The notes beneath the pieces were generated by a model. It worked only from the letters and a program-made list of their open reading frames with translations, ran no database searches and was not told the DNA's origin. A stretch of 64,000 nucleotides of DNA, from assembly GCA_027331445.1 (NCBI GenBank), contig DAHWUD010000003.1, forward strand, positions 2,704-66,703. The letters are read 5' to 3'. How positions within the stretch are numbered: the first letter of the stretch is position 1; each line of letters opens with the position of its first letter. The translations under genes and the position numbers were made by a program. Positions 29,254-39,583 of this stretch are shown piece by piece. Source of the stretch: Candidatus Amesbacteria bacterium. Lineage in GTDB: Bacteria > Patescibacteriota > Microgenomatia > CAZETR01 > Amesbacteraceae.

Positions 29254-30680
29254 AAAGGAGAGAATTTACCTTACCCACACTGTTAGGGTTGCTGGTGGCA
29301 ACGGTGGGGTTGTTTACGGGTATATGGCTGGTGCAGCGACAAAGAAATCCGAATGTGGCAGCGAACAGTACGGAGGCGCCGGTGGATATGAAGATAGCGA
29401 ATGTCAGCGATACAGGATTTAACGTGAGCTGGACGACCGTGACTGCGGTACCGGGGTTTGTGCAGTACGGAGAGAATTCAACAACACCGGATATTGTGGT
29501 TTCAGATGAGAGAGACCAAACCCAGGGAAGCGTGGGTAATTACTTCACCCATTTCGTCACGCTCAAAGGGCTGAAGCCGGCGACGATATATGTGTTTAAG
29601 ATCGGGTCGGGAAAAGGGCTATTTGACAACAATGGACAAAATTACCAGATAACCACGGCGGTGGCGGTGGCTACCCAACCGGCGGCAGATGTGGCTTACG
29701 GCCAGGTGGTAACGAAGAGCGGAGATCCGGCCGACGGAGCCTTAATTTATGCGCAGTTGCCGGGGGCGGGATTGTTGGCGGGATTGGTAAAAAGTGGCGG
29801 ATCATGGGTGATTCCCCTGTCCACAGCCAGGACAGGAAGCGGGAGCGGATTTGCGACTTATGACAAAACCACACCCCTTAGTATTTCGGTCGTAGACGGG
29901 TCAATGGGGAGTGCCACGGTGATTACGGCGGCGGGCAAAATCAGTCCGGTACCGCAAATAGCATTGGGAAACAACTACGACTTCACCGTAGCGGAGTCTC
30001 CGGCTACGGGAAGCGCCTCGGCGTCAAGGTTTTCCCAGATAAACGCCGCGTTTGAGTCGCAGACCAACAGCCCAACAGAAATAAATGTCACTAGTCCCCA
30101 ATTGGGGGAACAAATAAATACAACCAAGCCGGTGATTTCAGGGGATGCGCCCCCGGGAACAAAGATCACTGTGGTAATCCACTCCACACAGACAATTACC
30201 GCTACTGTCACAGCGGCGAAAGACGGGACATTTACCTATAGCGTGCCGTCGGATCTGGCGCCGGGAGACCACACACTGACCATCTCGGCAGTGATAAACG
30301 GCATAACACAAACCATTACCCGGACATTTACGGTGTACGCGGCGGGGGAAAGCAGCCTGCCGGCGTATTCGGCGACGCCCTCGGCGACGATCAAACCCTC
30401 ACCCTCCCCGACCATGACGCCCACACCAATGCCCACGGCGGCGCCAACACCGGTAGTCAACAGCACGACCCAGGCGGCCCCGACGGCAACACCAAGGCCG
30501 ACACTAATCCCGACGTTAGTACCGACAGTAGTCCCGACAGCGGCCCCGCCGCCGGCAGCAACAGCAACGATGTCGGCTATCCCGGTGTCTGGAGAGACAG
30601 AAGGAACCTGGTTAACTCTGATTTTGGGAACCTTGCTTCTGGCAACCGGAGCCTGGTGGTACAAAAAGACGGCGGCTTAG
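29250..30680 (+). CDS. Surface protein: N-terminal TM, Fn3-like and Ig-like domains, Pro/Thr-rich linker, LPxTG-like C-terminal anchor
   Basis: VSWTT...HFVTLKGLKPATIY (Fn3); PVISGDAPPG...LAPGDHTL (Ig-like); PT repeats; IPVSG + TM + KK. Confidence 0.8.
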   Translation: MKRREFTLPTLLGLLVATVGLFTGIWLVQRQRNPNVAANSTEAPVDMKIANVSDTGFNVSWTTVTAVPGFVQYGENSTTPDIVVSDERDQTQGSVGNYFTHFVTLKGLKPATIYVFKIGSGKGLFDNNGQNYQITTAVAVATQPAADVAYGQVVTKSGDPADGALIYAQLPGAGLLAGLVKSGGSWVIPLSTARTGSGSGFATYDKTTPLSISVVDGSMGSATVITAAGKISPVPQIALGNNYDFTVAESPATGSASASRFSQINAAFESQTNSPTEINVTSPQLGEQINTTKPVISGDAPPGTKITVVIHSTQTITATVTAAKDGTFTYSVPSDLAPGDHTLTISAVINGITQTITRTFTVYAAGESSLPAYSATPSATIKPSPSPTMTPTPMPTAAPTPVVNSTTQAAPTATPRPTLIPTLVPTVVPTAAPPPAATATMSAIPVSGETEGTWLTLILGTLLLATGAWWYKKTAA

Positions 30681-30699
30681 GATAGAATAGGGCCTTAAC

Positions 30700-31266
30700 A
30701 TGGCCAAAAGAAAAATCCGGGTGGGTTTAGACTTTGACGGAGTGGTGGCGTACAACCCAGCCAGATTAGTAAGGGCGGGTGTGAAATGGTTTAAAAAGCA
30801 GGTGCTGGGAATAAATAAGCTGTCTTTTATGGTGCCGGAGGGAGCGTTGATGAAGTGGCTATGGATAGCAGCGCACGAATCAAGCGTGTTCCCGGCTCAC
30901 GGAGTGGAACGATTAAAACAGCTGTCGCAAAGCGAGGAAATAGAATTTTATTTAATTACGGGAAGGTTCCCAATTCTGGAAAAACACCTGCTGAATTGGT
31001 TGGTCAGGAATAATTTAGAAGATAAGTTTAAGCTGATAACCCTGAACCGCAATTACGATCAACCGCATACGTTTAAATTAAAAACCGTGGAGAAACTGGG
31101 GCTGGATTATTTCGTGGAGGATAATTTAGACATCGTCATGTATCTCAAAGGCAAAACCAAAGCCCAGATTTTCTGGATTTATAATTTAATTGATAAAAGA
31201 CATGTGTATGAATTCATGTTCCCCGATTTAGATGCGGCTTTGAAAAAAATCTCCCCGAAAAAATGA
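30700..31266 (+). CDS. HAD-superfamily phosphatase-like protein
   Basis: GLDFDGVV, ITGR, K, FVEDN motifs. Confidence 0.78.
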   Translation: MAKRKIRVGLDFDGVVAYNPARLVRAGVKWFKKQVLGINKLSFMVPEGALMKWLWIAAHESSVFPAHGVERLKQLSQSEEIEFYLITGRFPILEKHLLNWLVRNNLEDKFKLITLNRNYDQPHTFKLKTVEKLGLDYFVEDNLDIVMYLKGKTKAQIFWIYNLIDKRHVYEFMFPDLDAALKKISPKK

Positions 31267-32426
31267 GGATATTGTTCTCACTGACCTACTATTCTCCTTA
31301 TGTTTCGGGCCTGACGGAATATGTAAAAAACCTGGCGGAAGCCCTGGCCGGAGAAGGCCAACAGGTCAAGGTTATTTGCCTCAGGCATAAGAGGGAATTG
31401 GCTGAAAGGGAGAAAATAAACGGGGTAGAAACGGCCAGAGTACGGCCGTGGATAAAAATCAGCAAGGGCTGGCTTTCGGGAGAATGGATAATAAAAGCAT
31501 GGAAAGAGGTTAAAAAATGCGACGTGGTGATTATTAATCTGCCGCAAGTGGAGGGAGTAATTACGGCGGTGGCAGCTAAATTACTGTCGAAAAAAATAGT
31601 GGCAATTTATATCTGTCGAGTAGAAACAAAAAACAAGCTGGCAGCAAAGATTCTGGAATGGAGCAGCGAGGCAGTGCTGTATCTGGCAGATAAGGCCGTG
31701 ACTTTGACCCGGGATTATGCGGAGGCGGTGCAAGAAGTGGGAAGATATACGGATAAGTTGGAATATATATATCCGATGACGGCAAAGCTGGGCAGAGACA
31801 GAAAGTGGGAGGAGGGAGCAAAACGCGAAATCGGACAGGGAAATTTAGTGGTAGGTTTTGCGGGCAGGATGGCCGGGGAAAAAGGGGTAGAGTATTTGCT
31901 GGAGGGCTTTTCTGAAGTGAAAAAGAAACTTAGAGGAAAGGCAAAGTTGGTGATGGCAGGGCCGGAAGAAGCGGCGGGCGAGGAAGGATATAAAAAACAC
32001 ATCCGGAGACTGGCGGAGAGGCTGGGAAGCGGCGTGGTGTGGCTGGGGCAGGTGCCGGAGGGAAAGATGGGATCATTTTACAGGTTGTTGGATATGCTGG
32101 TGCTGCCGTCGATAAATTCCACGGAGGCATTAGGAATGGTCCAGATAGAGGCGATGCTGTGCGGAGTGCCGGTGGTAGCGACAGACCTGCCGGGAGTAAG
32201 AGTACCGATAAAGGAAACGGGGATGGGAATAATCGTGCCGATAAGAGACAGCCAAGCGATAGGTAGGGCGATGGTAGAGGTGGTAAAAACGCAAAAGAGG
32301 TTAAGATTTTTGAGAAAGACAGCGGAAAATAAATTTAACAACCTCAAGGTATTACAGAGGTGGATGAATATACTGACTACTTTTGAGCAGAGATTAGATA
32401 GCGGAACGCGAAAGGCCGGGAAATAA
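31263..32426 (+). CDS. Glycosyltransferase family 4
   Basis: YYSPYVSGL, FAGRMAGEKG, LPSINSTEALGMVQIEAMLCGVPVVATD. Confidence 0.93.
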   Translation: MRILFSLTYYSPYVSGLTEYVKNLAEALAGEGQQVKVICLRHKRELAEREKINGVETARVRPWIKISKGWLSGEWIIKAWKEVKKCDVVIINLPQVEGVITAVAAKLLSKKIVAIYICRVETKNKLAAKILEWSSEAVLYLADKAVTLTRDYAEAVQEVGRYTDKLEYIYPMTAKLGRDRKWEEGAKREIGQGNLVVGFAGRMAGEKGVEYLLEGFSEVKKKLRGKAKLVMAGPEEAAGEEGYKKHIRRLAERLGSGVVWLGQVPEGKMGSFYRLLDMLVLPSINSTEALGMVQIEAMLCGVPVVATDLPGVRVPIKETGMGIIVPIRDSQAIGRAMVEVVKTQKRLRFLRKTAENKFNNLKVLQRWMNILTTFEQRLDSGTRKAGK

Positions 32427-33078
32427 TATTGTTTCCTAATTTAAAGCAGTTGAAATAACAGAGTCGGGGAAAAGAATTAAATAATCTGGTGGGAAATAGG
32501 CCATGACCAGATAATTCGATTTGTCTAAAGCCAGATTGGCGAAGAACGGAATAAAGATAGGGCAGGTTGCATTGAAGGATTCCAGATTCAATATGCCAGG
32601 GGACATGTTTTAAAAGATAGTGAAAGTACCAGGTAATGTTTAGGGCGTTGGGTTCGGAAAAAACAATCTTTCCTCCCGGAGCCAAGACAAGATAAAGTTG
32701 AGGTAGCACCTCTTTGAGATTAACGTGGTGAAGGATATCACTACCGATAATGGCTGAAAATTGTCCGGGGAAAAGATGATCTGAAGTAGTGAGTTTTCCC
32801 CAGGACGGTTTTTTAAACTGCCGATAAATACGGGTCAGGTTATTTAGGGACCGATGGGAGATATCCACGGCATGGACATGGTATCCGTGACGAAGAAAGT
32901 AAATGGAAGCACGACCTGAGCCACAGCCAAAGTCGATGATGGAGGAGGAAGGGGGCAAACTAAGCGCTTGGCGGATGTGATCCATTTCGAGAGTCTGGAA
33001 AAGAAATGGCTGAGTGACTTGGTCTAATGAAAACTGATGAGGAGTAGAGTCAAAATAGGCTGATTGGGAGAGTTTCAT
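32377..33078 (-). CDS. Class I SAM-dependent methyltransferase
   Basis: IDFGCGSGR, VDIS, ILHH, LAPGGKIVFSEPN; start at ATG 33078, overlapping the upstream TGA. Confidence 0.88.
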   Translation of the reverse strand: MKLSQSAYFDSTPHQFSLDQVTQPFLFQTLEMDHIRQALSLPPSSSIIDFGCGSGRASIYFLRHGYHVHAVDISHRSLNNLTRIYRQFKKPSWGKLTTSDHLFPGQFSAIIGSDILHHVNLKEVLPQLYLVLAPGGKIVFSEPNALNITWYFHYLLKHVPWHIESGILQCNLPYLYSVLRQSGFRQIELSGHGLFPTRLFNSFPRLCYFNCFKLGNNIISRPFAFRYLISAQK

Positions 33079-34838
33079 GGAGAAGCCTCGGTAATCAGTT
33101 GCAGAATCTGAGACTGAGAATAATGGCCGGTGTTTTGGAAGATGATAATTTTGGGGTGGTCGTAGACGGTAAGGGTTTCGTCGGCATAATCGTCGATGAA
33201 AGACAGACCCGGAAGGGGGCAGTCTGAGGAGGCGGCAATTTTGCCGTAGGAAAGGAACGGCAAGGCAAAACAGGCGTGAAGGCCGGGCAGGGGTAAATTG
33301 GGACGAGAGGTAAATTCGGCAATCTTGGTAAAGCCTAATTTTCCGGCAAACAAGTCCTGATAAAACCTGGTGGTTTGAGGGTAATAGTCTGGGTCGGAGG
33401 TGATAGAGGCATAAAGGCGATTGCTGGAAAGGACTAAATAATCGACTTGGGAAAGAGTCGGAATAAATTTGGCCCATTTCTGGGGAGATTCGGCGGCGTA
33501 AGGCTCTAATTGGAGAATGTTATACCGGGAACCGGAATAACCCGGGAAAGAGAGGGGCAGGCAATCGTCCCAATATTCACAGGAAAGAGTACTGCCAGGA
33601 GGAATATGGGCGTAAATCCAGGCGGAGGCAGTGACCCGGGAATGCGGGCGGGTATAGATAGTTAAGAAACTTGCGGGCCAAATCAGAATGAGTAAAGAAA
33701 CCAGGAGGGCAAAAAACCATTTAAGACGGGAAAGGGCCAAACCGGCGAAGATGGCCAAAAAGGGATAAAGCGGGTAATAATAGCGCAGGGGTTGGGAAAA
33801 CTGCAGACTCTGATAAACAAACAGGGAGAGGATAAAAAACAAACTTAGATAAACTCCGGGAAGCCGGAAGCGCGTTTTGAGAGCCAGAATGAGGCCGAGG
33901 AATACGGCGACGGCCAAAGGTAGACCCAAGCCGACAAAGACCAGGTTAATAAAAGGGAACCAACCCTTGGCCAGATGGATCCACTGGGTGGAGGGGGGAG
34001 CGAAGTGGTTGGGCTGGGATTCAAATTCCAATTCCCTCCAGTTGGCTAAGACTTTAGGATTAAGAGAAACGGTAAAGAAGCGGGGATCGGAAAACAGGTA
34101 AGGGAAGTTGATGCGGAGGGAAAGGAAAAAAAAGAAAATCAGGAGGAGGCCGGCAAAAAACAGGGGGAAAAATTTCCGCTGTCTGATTAATAAAACAGCG
34201 AAGCCCAAAACTAGAGTGAAGCCGAATATAAGACCAGAGATTTTAGCGCCGGCGGCCAAGCCGAAACTCAATCCGGTGAGGATAATAAAAAGGTGTGATT
34301 TGGGCGAAGGAAAGGAGTAATAAAAAAGAAGAAAGAAGAGGAAACTCAGAGTGAGAAAAAAGACCAGGTAGGGATCGACGGCAAAAAAGTGAGAAAGCTG
34401 GAGGGGAAGGACAGAAACGGCATAGGCGGCGGCGGACCAGAGGCCGGTTTTGGGGGAGGAAAAAATAAGAGTGGCCAGGAAAAAAACCAGCAGAACTGTT
34501 CCGGTATCCAAAATGGCGGAGACGGCCCGACCAAAAAGAGGCAGATGGGAGTAATCAGCCAACTGAAAAGCTCCGGATAAGGCTTTGACCAACAAGACGG
34601 GATAAGTGCCATAGACATAGAAGCCAAAATTTTGGTTGTGGGGATTGGCGGGGGAAGTAGCAGTGTTGAAATATTGAGACAGAGAGACGGGCCAGGTAAC
34701 AGCGGTGCCGACCATGGTGAGAAAACGTTCGTCGGGGTGGAGGTGCTGATCCTGATCCCAATCGAGACCAATAAGGCGAAAGGCCAAAGCAAAAAGTAAA
34801 ATGAGAAGAAGAAAAAAATAATGGCGGCGGATTATCAT
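33075..34838 (-). CDS. GT-C (PMT/ArnT-like) polyprenyl-phosphate-sugar transferase
   Basis: GLDWDQDQHLHPDERFL after TM1, multiple TMs, HFFAVD, RY, HSRVTASAWI. Confidence 0.82.
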   Translation of the reverse strand: MIIRRHYFFLLLILLFALAFRLIGLDWDQDQHLHPDERFLTMVGTAVTWPVSLSQYFNTATSPANPHNQNFGFYVYGTYPVLLVKALSGAFQLADYSHLPLFGRAVSAILDTGTVLLVFFLATLIFSSPKTGLWSAAAYAVSVLPLQLSHFFAVDPYLVFFLTLSFLFFLLFYYSFPSPKSHLFIILTGLSFGLAAGAKISGLIFGFTLVLGFAVLLIRQRKFFPLFFAGLLLIFFFFLSLRINFPYLFSDPRFFTVSLNPKVLANWRELEFESQPNHFAPPSTQWIHLAKGWFPFINLVFVGLGLPLAVAVFLGLILALKTRFRLPGVYLSLFFILSLFVYQSLQFSQPLRYYYPLYPFLAIFAGLALSRLKWFFALLVSLLILIWPASFLTIYTRPHSRVTASAWIYAHIPPGSTLSCEYWDDCLPLSFPGYSGSRYNILQLEPYAAESPQKWAKFIPTLSQVDYLVLSSNRLYASITSDPDYYPQTTRFYQDLFAGKLGFTKIAEFTSRPNLPLPGLHACFALPFLSYGKIAASSDCPLPGLSFIDDYADETLTVYDHPKIIIFQNTGHYSQSQILQLITEASP

Positions 34839-36424
34839 AATGCGGAACAGTTTTGGGAAACGGAATAAATTTTAAGACCGGTTTGGGGATTGGTATAGGC
34901 GGGAGTAAAGTCAGTCGACCAAAGCTGCCAATTGGGGTGAAGAAAGCCTTCGGGATGGGGGTTTAATTCGACGTAGGAGATATTGGCTGCCTGAAGCAGC
35001 CGGCAGGCAATGGGTTTAGTGGGGGCGGAGTACATGGCTTTGGTACTGTCTTCCCGGGCGACCTGGTCATAGCCAAAGGACCAGGTGAAGTAAGAATAGC
35101 CGTTATAGATGAAGCGGCCGGCGATGGAGGCAGGATGATAAAACCAAGTACTATTGAGGACAACGGCGTCCGGCGGGGTGTGATGGACAAAGAAGGCGGC
35201 GTCGGGGTTGGACTGCCAATCGGCAATCGCGTAGTAGGAATCATTGATAACGGGGAAGAGATCGACAATCCCACCTAAAATGAGAAAGAAAACGATGATC
35301 GGAATGACGAAGCGGGCGGGACGATATTTGTCCCAGAGATAGCAAAGGGCCCAAGCGGAATACATGGCGCCAAAAATGAGAAAAAAATTAAAGAGCTTGT
35401 GATTATTGATGATATCGGTAGATAGCTGAAAGATATTGGGAATAAAAAACAGGAGGAGTAAAGGAACAATAAAAATGCGGGCTTTTTTGGGAGCCAGAAA
35501 GAACCCCAAGGGGATAAGAAATAAATGCAGGCCCAGGTTTAAAAACCAAAAATGAAGAAGGCTCCCAGCGGTGGCGGGCTGGGGTGTAAGAAAGCCTAAA
35601 TGCAGATTCAGGGGCGGGGGGGTGGGAGTGGCAAACAGGCCGAAATAAAGCCAGGGCAGGCCACCTAAGGCGGAAAACAAAAGCGGAAGACGGGAAGAGC
35701 GGTGCAGCAGAAAAAACCAACCGACAAAAATCACAGCAATGGCAAAAACCGCCTGATTGAGCAGGAGAAAAGTGCCGGTAATGAAGCCAACCAGGTAAAG
35801 GCCACGGCGACGTTGAGAATAAAGAAGATAGATCAAAACCAGGCATAGGGCATAGGACAAGCCCAGGTGGCGCTGATTGGTGTAAATATTCAGGTTCCAA
35901 AATGCGGCAATGGTGCTGCCGTTCCAGGGAGCAAAGGACGGAAAGGCAGACAGGTGAAGCAGGTCAGTCAGTGAATGAGAAGATAAAGGATAAAGGCGCA
36001 GGAAGTCCAACCAGGAAAAAGAGCCGTTGAAGAGAAAAAATAAAAGGGACAGCCAGCTGACCCGCTCGTCGGAAAATACGGCCAGAGCGACGATCCAAAT
36101 CATGACCAGAAGCAGCAAGAAACCGGCGGCGCTTAAGAGGTTGAGGGCAAAATCGATGCGGACGCCGAGTTTTTCCAGGAGGCCGGTGACCATATAAAAG
36201 AGAAAGTGGTAGCGGGTGGGAACGCCGGGGTAAAGAGGGTACTGAGGAGGCCAGTTTTTACCCAGAGAAAAGGAGCGAATCTGGGGCAGATAACCGCCGA
36301 AATCGCTCCAGAACTTTCCGGAGACCAGTAATTCGTGCTGAACGGGGTTGTAACTGAAGGTGTGCCACATGAGCCAGAGGGAAAAGACGGCCAAAAAGGA
36401 AAAAATCAGAAAACGAAAACGCAT
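34835..36424 (-). CDS. Multi-pass membrane protein, GT-C-like
   Basis: WSDF...IRSF, YPLYPG, YHFLF, many TMs, C-terminal extracellular domain; start MRFRFL at 36424. Confidence 0.7.
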   Translation of the reverse strand: MRFRFLIFSFLAVFSLWLMWHTFSYNPVQHELLVSGKFWSDFGGYLPQIRSFSLGKNWPPQYPLYPGVPTRYHFLFYMVTGLLEKLGVRIDFALNLLSAAGFLLLLVMIWIVALAVFSDERVSWLSLLFFLFNGSFSWLDFLRLYPLSSHSLTDLLHLSAFPSFAPWNGSTIAAFWNLNIYTNQRHLGLSYALCLVLIYLLYSQRRRGLYLVGFITGTFLLLNQAVFAIAVIFVGWFFLLHRSSRLPLLFSALGGLPWLYFGLFATPTPPPLNLHLGFLTPQPATAGSLLHFWFLNLGLHLFLIPLGFFLAPKKARIFIVPLLLLFFIPNIFQLSTDIINNHKLFNFFLIFGAMYSAWALCYLWDKYRPARFVIPIIVFFLILGGIVDLFPVINDSYYAIADWQSNPDAAFFVHHTPPDAVVLNSTWFYHPASIAGRFIYNGYSYFTWSFGYDQVAREDSTKAMYSAPTKPIACRLLQAANISYVELNPHPEGFLHPNWQLWSTDFTPAYTNPQTGLKIYSVSQNCSAL

Positions 36425-36465
36425 AGGAAGTGGATAAATTTTAGCACCCCATATAATATATCCGT

Positions 36466-38544
36466 ATGTGGTCGGATGTGGGACTGATTTTAAGGTGGTG
36501 GATCGTCTGGCTGGCGGCGGGGGGGGTAGCCTGGCCAATGGTGCGGAGGATATTCGCGCGCTGGGATGACCAGGGCTATGCGATGGCAAAAATATGCGGG
36601 GCGGCGGCGATCACCTGGGGGGTGTGGGTGTTGGGAAGCCTAAAAATATTACCATTCACAAACCTGGGTGTGGGGATAGTAGCAGTAATAGTGCTGGCCG
36701 GAGGGCTGGTGCTGAACCGGAAAAACCGGGGAAAAGTTCCGGGGAAATTAATCCTGGCGGAGGAAGCGATGTTTCTGGCGGCGCTGGTAATCTGGAGTTA
36801 TGTTAAAGGACATGCCCCGGATATCAACGGGTTGGAAAAATTCATGGATTTCGGTTTTACCAAGTCGATTTTAACCGGAGCATATTTCCCGCCCAAGGAT
36901 ATGTGGTTTGCGGGAGGATATATAAACTACTACTACTTCGGCCACTTAATGCTGGCGGTGGCGACCAGAGTTTCGGGAATTGATCTCGGAGTGACGTTTA
37001 ACCTGATGCTGTGCACTATTTTTGCGCTGACATTCACCCAGACCTGGAACCTGGTGCGACGATTGTTGGCCAGCAGCCCGGAAAAATGGAGGATTTTCGG
37101 CGGACTCCTCACAGCAATACTGATGGTGCTGGCGGGAAACCTACAGACAATATATGCCTTTACCAAGGGATATACTGGCGACAATCCCCCACCATTTTGG
37201 ACGATCTGGTCTGACTGGTCCAGCGCGGCCAGCTTTGACGCGGGGTGGAATTCGTATTGGTATCCCAACGCAACCAGGTTTATTCCCTTCACCATCCACG
37301 AGTTTCCGGGATATTCATTTGTGGTTTCGGACGTGCACGGGCATGTGCTGGATATTCCCATTGCCTTACTTTGCATCGGATTGATCATAAATATGTTCGG
37401 AAGAGAGGAAAAAACAAAAAAGTGGGAACTCGCGGTGTTTGGTTTTGCGGCCGGCTGGGCATTTACAACTAACGCCCTGGACGGAGTGATTTATCTGGGA
37501 CTATGGGCATGGCTGACGATACTGCGGAAAAACTGGTGGAATAAAGAGACGGTGGTGGCCCTGGCCATAGTGATAGCGGCTTTCGGGGTGAGCGTCATGC
37601 CGTTCGTCTCTCATTTCCAATCCTTCGTTTCGGGATTGGGGGTAGACTGCCCCCCGGTGTCGCTGACGAACAAAAAAATCGGACCATTTCTGTTTGAAAC
37701 ACCGGATAAGTGCCAGAAATCCCCCCTGTGGATGTGGCTACTTTTATGGGGATTTTTCTGGTACTGCGGCACGGCACTGGCGCTGAAGGAAAAGGACCCG
37801 GATAAGAGAACCCGGGCCATGCTGCTGGGATGGACGGTGTTTTGCCTGGGGTTAACGATTTTCCCGGAGTTTTTCTATTTCAAGGATATTTATCCGCAGC
37901 ATTTCCGAAGTAATACGATGTTTAAGCTGGGATACCAGGCGTACATGCTGATGATGCTGGTGTCAGGGTATACGATAACCAAAATACTGGCCAGTAAATG
38001 GCACTGGAAGAAGGGATTATTTTTGGCCGGACTGGCGCCGCTATTGTATCTGATATCGATTTATCCTTTATTTTCACTGCCGGGGTATTTCGGAAACCTG
38101 GCGCCGCAGAATTACAAAGGCTTGTGGGGGCTCACCTGGATCCAACAACGATATCCAGAAGACTGGACGGTGATGCAGTGGCTATCCAAAACAATTAAGT
38201 GGCCAAATCAACCGGTAGTGCTGGAGGCAAACGGAGACAGCTATACGGACGCCAACCTGTTTTCGGCATTTACCGGATACCCGACGGTAGCGGGATGGCT
38301 GGTGCACGAGTGGTTATGGAGAAGTTATGACCAGATTGCCGCCAGGGACGACGAGGTCAAGCAGGTATATGAGATGCAAAGCCCGGCGGAAGCGGAAGCG
38401 GTGCTGAAGAAATACCAGGTGAAATACATTATTGTAGGGAGTATGGAGCTAAAGAAATATCCCGATCTGTCCGAAGAAATGATCGGGAAAGTAGCGCATG
38501 AGGTGTTCGCAGCGGGAGCGACTAAGGTGTACCAAGTATTTTAG
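36466..38544 (+). CDS. DUF2298 (YYY membrane protein), GT-C-like
   Basis: EKFMDFGF, PPKDMWFAG, INYYYFGH, TIHEFP, DVHGH, NTMFK, GWLVHEWLWR. Confidence 0.88.
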   Translation: MWSDVGLILRWWIVWLAAGGVAWPMVRRIFARWDDQGYAMAKICGAAAITWGVWVLGSLKILPFTNLGVGIVAVIVLAGGLVLNRKNRGKVPGKLILAEEAMFLAALVIWSYVKGHAPDINGLEKFMDFGFTKSILTGAYFPPKDMWFAGGYINYYYFGHLMLAVATRVSGIDLGVTFNLMLCTIFALTFTQTWNLVRRLLASSPEKWRIFGGLLTAILMVLAGNLQTIYAFTKGYTGDNPPPFWTIWSDWSSAASFDAGWNSYWYPNATRFIPFTIHEFPGYSFVVSDVHGHVLDIPIALLCIGLIINMFGREEKTKKWELAVFGFAAGWAFTTNALDGVIYLGLWAWLTILRKNWWNKETVVALAIVIAAFGVSVMPFVSHFQSFVSGLGVDCPPVSLTNKKIGPFLFETPDKCQKSPLWMWLLLWGFFWYCGTALALKEKDPDKRTRAMLLGWTVFCLGLTIFPEFFYFKDIYPQHFRSNTMFKLGYQAYMLMMLVSGYTITKILASKWHWKKGLFLAGLAPLLYLISIYPLFSLPGYFGNLAPQNYKGLWGLTWIQQRYPEDWTVMQWLSKTIKWPNQPVVLEANGDSYTDANLFSAFTGYPTVAGWLVHEWLWRSYDQIAARDDEVKQVYEMQSPAEAEAVLKKYQVKYIIVGSMELKKYPDLSEEMIGKVAHEVFAAGATKVYQVF

Positions 38545-39580
38545 CGACATAATCGAAGACGATTCGGGGGTCGTCATTTTTGGGCAGCAGGATCCATTGA
38601 TTATCATAGCGGGGCGAGAGCGGAGGATTGTAGAGCTGGTCGGGTTCGGAAATGGTAAAAGAGGCGGGCTGAACGCGGCGCAGAGACCAGACCAGGCGGG
38701 CCAGGGAATAATATTGGGGAGGACGAATGTCCGTGGCCGTGGAAGAGGTAAACAGGCGGAACAGATCCAGATAAAGACGGGGGTGGCGGAGAACGGCCGG
38801 GGAGGAAAGTCGGGAAATAAAGGCTTTAATGACTTTTTCCTGGCGGGCGGAACGGCCAAAATCGGTACCTTCAACCGGGTCGGAGGAATAACGGGAGCGA
38901 ACAAATTCCAGGGCAGTGGTCCCGTCAAAATGGGCCGGGCCGGCGGTAAACTGCACGGTCCGGTAACGGCAGGCATACGTGAGGTCGCCGCCACAGGGAT
39001 CATTTTCTTTGCCGGTAATGGGATAATGAGAGTCGGTAAACGAGCGGTCGACGGTGACGTTTATGCCCCCCACTAAGTCTATGGCCTGCCGGAAGGTGGT
39101 AAAGTCCAACAGAACGGCATAATCTACGGGCTGGTTAATTGTTTCGGAGACGGCGGACTCGGCCAATAGCAGGCCGCCTGCAGTAGCCGCCTTTTGCGAG
39201 CCGTAATGATAGGCGGTGTTAATTTTGGCCCGCATGGAACTGACCCAGAGGTCGCGGGGAACGGAAATCAGGGTAAGTTTCTGATGAACAGGATCGGCAG
39301 AGACAAAGATGATGGTGTCGGTAAGATCGAAGCCGTCGTGGTTGCCCCCGCCGATACCCAGAAGCAAAAAATTGGTCCGGCCGGAGTGAGTAGCCAGGGC
39401 GGAACCGGTAAACTGATTTAAAAAAGCGGAAATTTGAGAGACCGGACCACGAAAGAGGAAAAACAGACCCGCTAGCAGCAGCAGGCTGACCAGGATGCCG
39501 GCCAGGCGGACAAAAACAATATGAGAGAGCAGCTGACGGCGCAGGCGGTTTACAAACAGGTGAGTTCTGGTAAGCTGCAT
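38522..39580 (-). CDS. LCP (LytR-CpsA-Psr) family glycopolymer transferase
   Basis: NFLLLG, LTDTI, ISVPRD, KINTAY, ALEFVRSR, DFGRSARQ; start MQLTR at 39580. Confidence 0.93.
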   Translation of the reverse strand: MQLTRTHLFVNRLRRQLLSHIVFVRLAGILVSLLLLAGLFFLFRGPVSQISAFLNQFTGSALATHSGRTNFLLLGIGGGNHDGFDLTDTIIFVSADPVHQKLTLISVPRDLWVSSMRAKINTAYHYGSQKAATAGGLLLAESAVSETINQPVDYAVLLDFTTFRQAIDLVGGINVTVDRSFTDSHYPITGKENDPCGGDLTYACRYRTVQFTAGPAHFDGTTALEFVRSRYSSDPVEGTDFGRSARQEKVIKAFISRLSSPAVLRHPRLYLDLFRLFTSSTATDIRPPQYYSLARLVWSLRRVQPASFTISEPDQLYNPPLSPRYDNQWILLPKNDDPRIVFDYVAKILGTP

Positions 39581-39583
39581 ACT

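Noticed and set aside
30370-30570. CCGAC/CCCAC-type repeats
   Set aside because: Codon-level result of the Pro/Thr linker; no fixed repeat-spacer structure, so not CRISPR
38498-39076. 192-aa Gly-rich plus-strand ORF
   Set aside because: Antisense to the well-supported LCP gene
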